A stretch of DNA of 63,788 nucleotides, filler included, from Lenisia limosa (taxonomy: Eukaryota > Protista > Breviatea), in assembly GCA_001655205.1 (NCBI GenBank). It is 7 parts of 7 records of this genome, joined end to end, with 100 filler letters (N's around TTAATTAATTAA, not from the genome) between each part and the next. Parts side by side here need not be neighbours in the genome. Positions count along the whole stretch, not along the records: positions 48,263 to 60,761 come from LPNZ01004433.1; positions 60,862 to 63,788 come from LPNZ01005660.1; 5 more parts are not named here. One strand, given 5' to 3'. Numbering within the stretch: position 1 is the first letter of the stretch; every line of letters begins with the position of its first letter. A program made the position numbers and the translations under genes. Positions 58,747 to 63,788 of this stretch are shown one piece after another. Under the pieces are notes generated by a model. That model was given only the letters and a program-made list of their open reading frames with translations, was not told where the DNA came from and ran no database searches.

Positions 58747-61700
58747 ATGAGGTATTGTTGTCATCCCGTTTGCGTTTTAACATTTTAGCGTCGTTTCAAG
58801 CGTTTCTTCGGCCTCAAAGGTAGGAATCCCTTCTTCCCCCTCATTCTCAACTTGCCCATTTATTGACTCAATACACTCACACAACCCAGGCCCCCACTCA
58901 CCTATGGAGCCAGCAATCCGCAGGCATGGTGATAGGAGCTCCATTGACTTCTCAAAGAGGTGAGTCCCGGGGCCGACTTTCATGGGTTCTGGTAAGGCTA
59001 GTGTCATTTTGTTTTTTAACTTAATTAACCTGAGCTCCAAAAAAGACCCATTTGAAGAGTCATTGTTATTATTGTTAAAGCTACTTCCAAACTCGAGGGC
59101 TTTAACAAGCCTTTTCTTGTTTCATTTACCTTCAAGGGGCACGCTCTGGGGAGTACCGTGGAAGTAGTGCTGCTTCAGGAACCGGATCCTTGTTGTCAAG
59201 CAAGTGGGGGGGATATGAAAAACTTTGGAAGCTTTTTCTTTTGTGTCTTTTCACAATTGCAAGAACATCGATCTCATACGCTTTTGTGTCTTTTCGCGAT
59301 TGCAAGGGCATGTTCGATCTCACACTTTGTGTCTTTTCACGATTGCAAAAACATGTTCGATCTCACGGCTTTAGGACCGGGGGCTCTCGTAGGTCGAGAA
59401 TGTCTCAGAGGTCGCGGGCAAGCCAAATGTCTCAAAAGTGGGAATNNNNNNNNNNNNNNNNNNNNNNNNNNNNNNNNNNNNNNNNNNNNNNNNNNNNNNN
59501 NNNNNNNNNNNNNNNNTATATGCATAGTATATTTATATCATATGTAAAATATACTATGTATGTATAGGTATATATCCACAAGTGATCTAATGTAAATAAT
59601 ATTGTGTGCTCTCAGTTTAATGGGGTGTTTTGGGGGGCTTTTTATATGGGTGGAAAGCACTCTGAACCGACCTGAGGTTTACAGCTGTCGCCGCCTGGTG
59701 TGGCCGAAGCCGAGGTGTTAGTTCAGAGTGGTGGAATGGAACTCTATACACTGCCCGTGATCTTTTAGATCACTAAAGGGAACAAACCTTGAAGTGGACC
59801 CGGACACCCCAGGGTCTCAAACCTCGGCAAAATCAGGCCTCACGGAAGAGTCACTAAACAAACTCAGAATCGGTTGGCTGGGAGCTGGAGAAGGCAGGAA
59901 TACCGACTGTTTTCCGAGGACTATCGAGAACCATCGTTTATCCTGTGCAGATAAGGAGAACACCATTAATGATCCAATCTCGAAACTTGACTTTGACGGG
60001 CCTGCGCCACCACCGGAGGTACCTGGGTGAAGTATTCCAACGTCAACATGCAAAACATTCAGTGAAATGGCTAAGCTCTTCTCACCATTTAGAATGTGTC
60101 CCCCCCTTCTGTTGCTGAAATTGACGCGGGTATGTCCATTTTCAAGCCTTTTTTGGGGCTCCTTGTTTTATCTCTTTACTTCGTTTTACTTCCTTTCCCC
60201 TTCATTTTCCTCTCACCCCCTCGATAGCAGTGTCCATGCCGCGCAGTACGCGATCAGTGGCGTCATCAAGAGTATCGGTGTCGTCCCGCCTCTGTCCTGG
60301 GTGCGTCAACAAGGCCTTGATCGACCAGCATAACTGCCAAAAGGTGGGTCTCTTCATCCAATAATGGAGGCAGATATTAGGGAATGTAAGCTTATAACGG
60401 CTGAATAAGTAGCTTATTTATTAGCTCACATATCCTTGTATCGCAATATGGTAACTTGGGACACCTGGTATAATGCAATACAGTGTGCTTCAAGTGCATC
60501 AGAGCTGAAGTGGATGGAACAGGCCAAATCTGCCGATGACAAGTGGCGTGAGCAATGCTTCCAGGCCCAGAAGGATAAGAACGACAAGTTCAAGAAGAAT
60601 GCTCTAGAGCAGGCCAAGGACCTCGAAATGAGGAGAAACGTGGGGAGGTTGTGGTACAATCTTTCGTTCAACTGACATCATGCTGTGTACTCGTAATTCC
60701 GTCTTTCCACTTACGCTGGAGTGATGGTGCCGTGCTGCAGAAGCGATTGGCCTGGGCTTTGNNNNNNNNNNNNNNNNNNNNNNNNNNNNNNNNNNNNNNN
60801 NNNNNTTAATTAATTAANNNNNNNNNNNNNNNNNNNNNNNNNNNNNNNNNNNNNNNNNNNNTGGGCCAAGCAAGGCAGTATTTGGCTTAGGAGGTCCTTG
60901 GTCTTTGTCTTGCGCTCTCTTTCCCGTCTGAAGACAATGAAAAACTTCAAAACAGAGTGCTACAAACCTTCTCCTCCATCAAAGATGTAACTAACAAATA
61001 AAACCTAACACTTGAGACTAAAAACAGGTTCTTGAAAGGAAAAGAAAACGTTTTTGAAATTGGCGTATGGTTAATATTTTTCCTGGGGAGTCAATCTCTA
61101 GACCTTTTTTTCAAAATGACGGAAAAGTGCTTCTATTTTCGGTAATACCTCTCATGTTAAAAACTGGACCAATATGGTCCGGTGGTCCATAAAAGGATAG
61201 GAAAAAAACTTTAACTGTATTTTTCTAGGAAAACTACTTGAAAAGTGGGAAAATCTCGGCTCAGGTGTTTTCCATTGCAAACTCGTGTTTTCTGGTCAGA
61301 AAACTCCTTGTAAAAAGCAAAAAAAAACTGGTTTTCTGAAAGGAAAACCGTTTTTGACTGTCATTTTATGGCAATTTGTTAAAATCCTCAAAGAAGGGCT
61401 CTGACGCTTTGATTTTTAACATCAAAAAAAATAATAAAAAAAGGCAAAGTTGACATTTGAAAAAGATCCAACATAAATGATAGTTTGACAGAAATGCAAT
61501 TTCAGTAAAAACTGGCGAATTTGTAAAAATTTAACTCACCAGTGTTTGAGTCCTATGCAACCGTTTTTGATACAAAATTCAAAAATCAAAATGTTAAAAG
61601 CCTTCCTTTGAGGATCTTGATAAATTTTCAAGTCATCCAATAAAATATTTGTCAATTTTTATTTAAAAGATATTTTGCCATATTAGGAAGGTCCACATGA

Positions 61701-63033
61701 AGGACATCCTGATTTTATCTGGAACTGGGCAATCTAGCCCTAAATGGCACAAAAAATATTTCAAGCAAACCGGCGTCACAGAATTTTGAAGGACAATTTC
61801 ATTCATGAATCGGATATTCCCTTCATACTAGGGAGGGAGGAGGAGGGGGNNNNNNNNNNNNNNNNNNNNNNNNNNNNNNNNNNNNNNNNNNNNNNNNNNN
61901 NNNNNNNNNNNNNNNNNNNNNNNNNNNNNNNNNNNNNNNNNNNNNNNNNNNNNTTATCATTTTAACATTTTTTGGGCATCTTGATGGGACAAATTTTTCT
62001 TTCATTGAAGGAAGATGTTTTGATTTGAATATCAGAACAAGGGCGGGGTAATTTCAGAGGGAAATCCGTTTTGTTTGCTTAAGCTCGTTTTTGGGTTATT
62101 GTGAGTTGTTATGCTTGACCTCACAACTTAGTCTTCGGACCTGAAGGCCGTACGTAGACGGATCAAAAACCTCCAAAAGGCTCGGGTTGCGCAGGAGAAA
62201 GAGGTTTTTATTTCAGCACGTATCTTTTATCTGTTTAGATTGAGGAACAGGCAAAAAGAGCAGTTGAAGAAACTTCGGGTGAGGCCTCTGAGGACTTGAA
62301 GGTTTGAGGCTTGACGTTGTTGACCACCTCAGGTAAAAGCTCGCGAAATGTTGGATGTTGCTCGTAAATCTGGAGACGAGAATCAGTGCAAGAAGGCTAT
62401 TGAGGTACCATTGCTCTACTGCTCGCGTTGTCAACCTTTATTCCTCCTTTTTGCTTTCTTATTATCCAGTTTGCCAATGACTCTGGTTTGGACCCTTCTG
62501 AATGGCGCTCTACAAAGAAGAAAATGCAAGCCCTCAGGAAGAAGACAAAGGAAAAGGTTGGTCTTGATGACTGTTGTTTATTTTTCAGTTAACAGCAGAA
62601 AAAAAGGCCAAAATTGAGGCAGAAATTCAAGCAGCTGCCTACAAGCTTAAAAAGGAGAAGGATGAGCTTAGGGCTGCAGAGAAAATGCAAAGACAGGTCT
62701 ATTCTTCTTCTGTATAACTCTTCAGGCTCTGCGTGAGTCACAGAAGTTACAACGACAAGCAGCTCCCCGCCAACCAGCGTATCAAGGTATCTCTGTCAAT
62801 TATGAGGAAGTTAAAACCCTATGTGATATGGTAAGTCTATTCAGTTGTATTTACAGTTAGGGATATGACGAGTCATATTGTTTGCAACTACTTCAAAGCG
62901 GAAAAAGTTTTGCTAATGTTTGTTGACCTTCCCAGCATCTCATATTCAGGTCATTGAATTTCTTTGCGAGAGTACAGATAATAGCCCTCTAGATCAAAAC
63001 ACGGACGACTATATTGATGGTTGGACCCGTTAA
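58747..63033 (+). CDS. Ser/Arg-rich plus coiled-coil protein with C-terminal UBA-like domain
   Basis: Exons RRFKRFFGLK, ELKWMEQAKSADDKWREQCFQAQKDKNDKFKK, AKIEAEIQAAAYKLKKEKDELRAAEK; C-terminal EEVKTLCDMGYDESYCLQLLQSGK..VIEFL (MG[F/Y] UBA motif); TAA at 63031-63033; start uncertain. Confidence 0.65.
59238..59367. repeat. 43-bp minisatellite x3 (intronic)
   Basis: TTTGTGTCTTTTC(A/G)C(A/G)ATTGCAAG..CAT(GTT)CGATCTCA at 59240, 59283 and 59326. Confidence 0.92.
60720..60762 (+). repeat. 5' module of the intron-3'-anchored repeat, cut by a contig spacer
   Basis: GTGATGGTGCCGTGCTGCAGAAGCGATTGGCCTGGGCTTTG, sense to the plus-strand host gene. Confidence 0.65.
61372..61628. mobile_element. ~255-bp fold-back (MITE-like) element, intronic
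   Basis: AATTTGTTAAAATCCTCAAAGAAGGGCTCTGACGCTTTGATTTTT versus reverse complement of right arm AAATTTATCAAGATCCTCAAAGGAAGGCTTTTAACATTTTGATTTTT. Confidence 0.55.
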
Positions 63034-63289
63034 TTATGAAAATACGACACGACTCATTTTGAGAAAAATAAGTCTCAAATAGGGCTATGTTTATTTCGCA
63101 ATTAGAAGTGAAATATCTTGACGTGATTTGTTTTTATATTTCAAATGTCCGTTTCAAATTCTTGTCAAATATTTGGGGACACTGGATAACAAAAAATAAA
63201 TGCTATAATTAAAAACGTAAACAAGAAAACAACCAGAATTACCAAATACCCAGAATTTTGAACGGCCGCACATTCTCTAACCTATCAAA

Positions 63290-63788
63290 TTGATGAATTC
63301 TGATATCAGGAACTTGTTTTTATTTTATTAGGTAGTTGCGTTGAGATCATCAACATCGAAACTCTCTGTGATATTGAAGTCTATAGCATATTTGAACGAG
63401 TTGCAGCTCCCAGGGTTGGTTCGCAATTATCTCACTATTTAGCATGTTTACATTTCCAACTCAAGAGTGTTTGCTCGTTGTGAGTACTTTGGAGACAAGG
63501 GGTTTGACTGCTTGGAAAGCTTATCGTCATCCCCCAATGGTGTTGAATGCCGTCTTATTGCCAAGACCAATATTACAAAACAAAGTGGCTGTTGGGAATT
63601 AACTTGTAAGTGTATTTCTTGCAAAACCTGAAAATTGCTTTGAAATTTTGACTTTTCAAGGGGAAATGATTGAAAAAAACAAACAATATCACTCCCGCAT
63701 TCCAGCTACTGTACTTGCTGAGGTGCCAGCTTCACTGGTTGGCGCCAAAGGATTATTATATCATAAATATGTGATATTTGACAATATC
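63290..63788 (+). CDS. 5' part of a plus-strand multi-exon gene running off the window
   Basis: Spliceable short exons SCVEIINIETLCDIEVYSIFERVAAPR, HVYISNSRVFAR and LSSSPNGVECRLIAKTNITKQSGCWELT; no family recognised. Confidence 0.4.

Noticed and set aside
25236-60817. Perfect TTAATTAATTAA palindrome repeated six times
   Set aside because: Always centred in a 100-nt N spacer; a six-frame-stop assembly linker, not biology.
8619-61850. N gaps clustering next to G/C runs as a biological feature
   Set aside because: Most likely sequencing drop-out at homopolymers. It matters only as a caveat, because gaps hide splice sites and exons.

Overview
Eukaryotic draft-assembly scaffold with many N gaps and six artificial N44-TTAATTAATTAA-N44 contig spacers. 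It is intron-rich (GT-AG) and reads in the standard genetic code. Gene content and architecture look like a free-living protist, possibly amoebozoan (inference only). The ORF track is fragmentary because genes are split into many small exons; I spliced them by eye, so boundaries are approximate. About 14 genes are present, almost strictly alternating in strand. Recognisable genes: SAM-dependent methyltransferase (-), PI-PLC X-domain protein (+), ALDH7A1/antiquitin (-), secreted two-domain pentraxin/LamG-like protein (+), TMCO4/DUF726 hydrolase-like protein (+), RING-HC coiled-coil protein (+), cyclin Y (+), ankyrin-MYND protein (-), coiled-coil/UBA protein (+). There are also several large unassigned genes. 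The most unusual signal is non-coding and intronic. (1) A ~125-nt dispersed repeat occurs at least 10 times, always in the sense orientation of its host gene and usually ending at or within ~30 nt of the intron 3' AG. (2) Poly-G follows 5' splice sites and poly-C precedes 3' splice sites, sometimes in the same intron. (3) A ~96-bp TA-flanked double-hairpin MITE family has at least 13 copies. Further MITE/TIR families and intronic minisatellites inflate introns from ~25 kb onward. I saw no rRNA, tRNA, CRISPR array or transposase.
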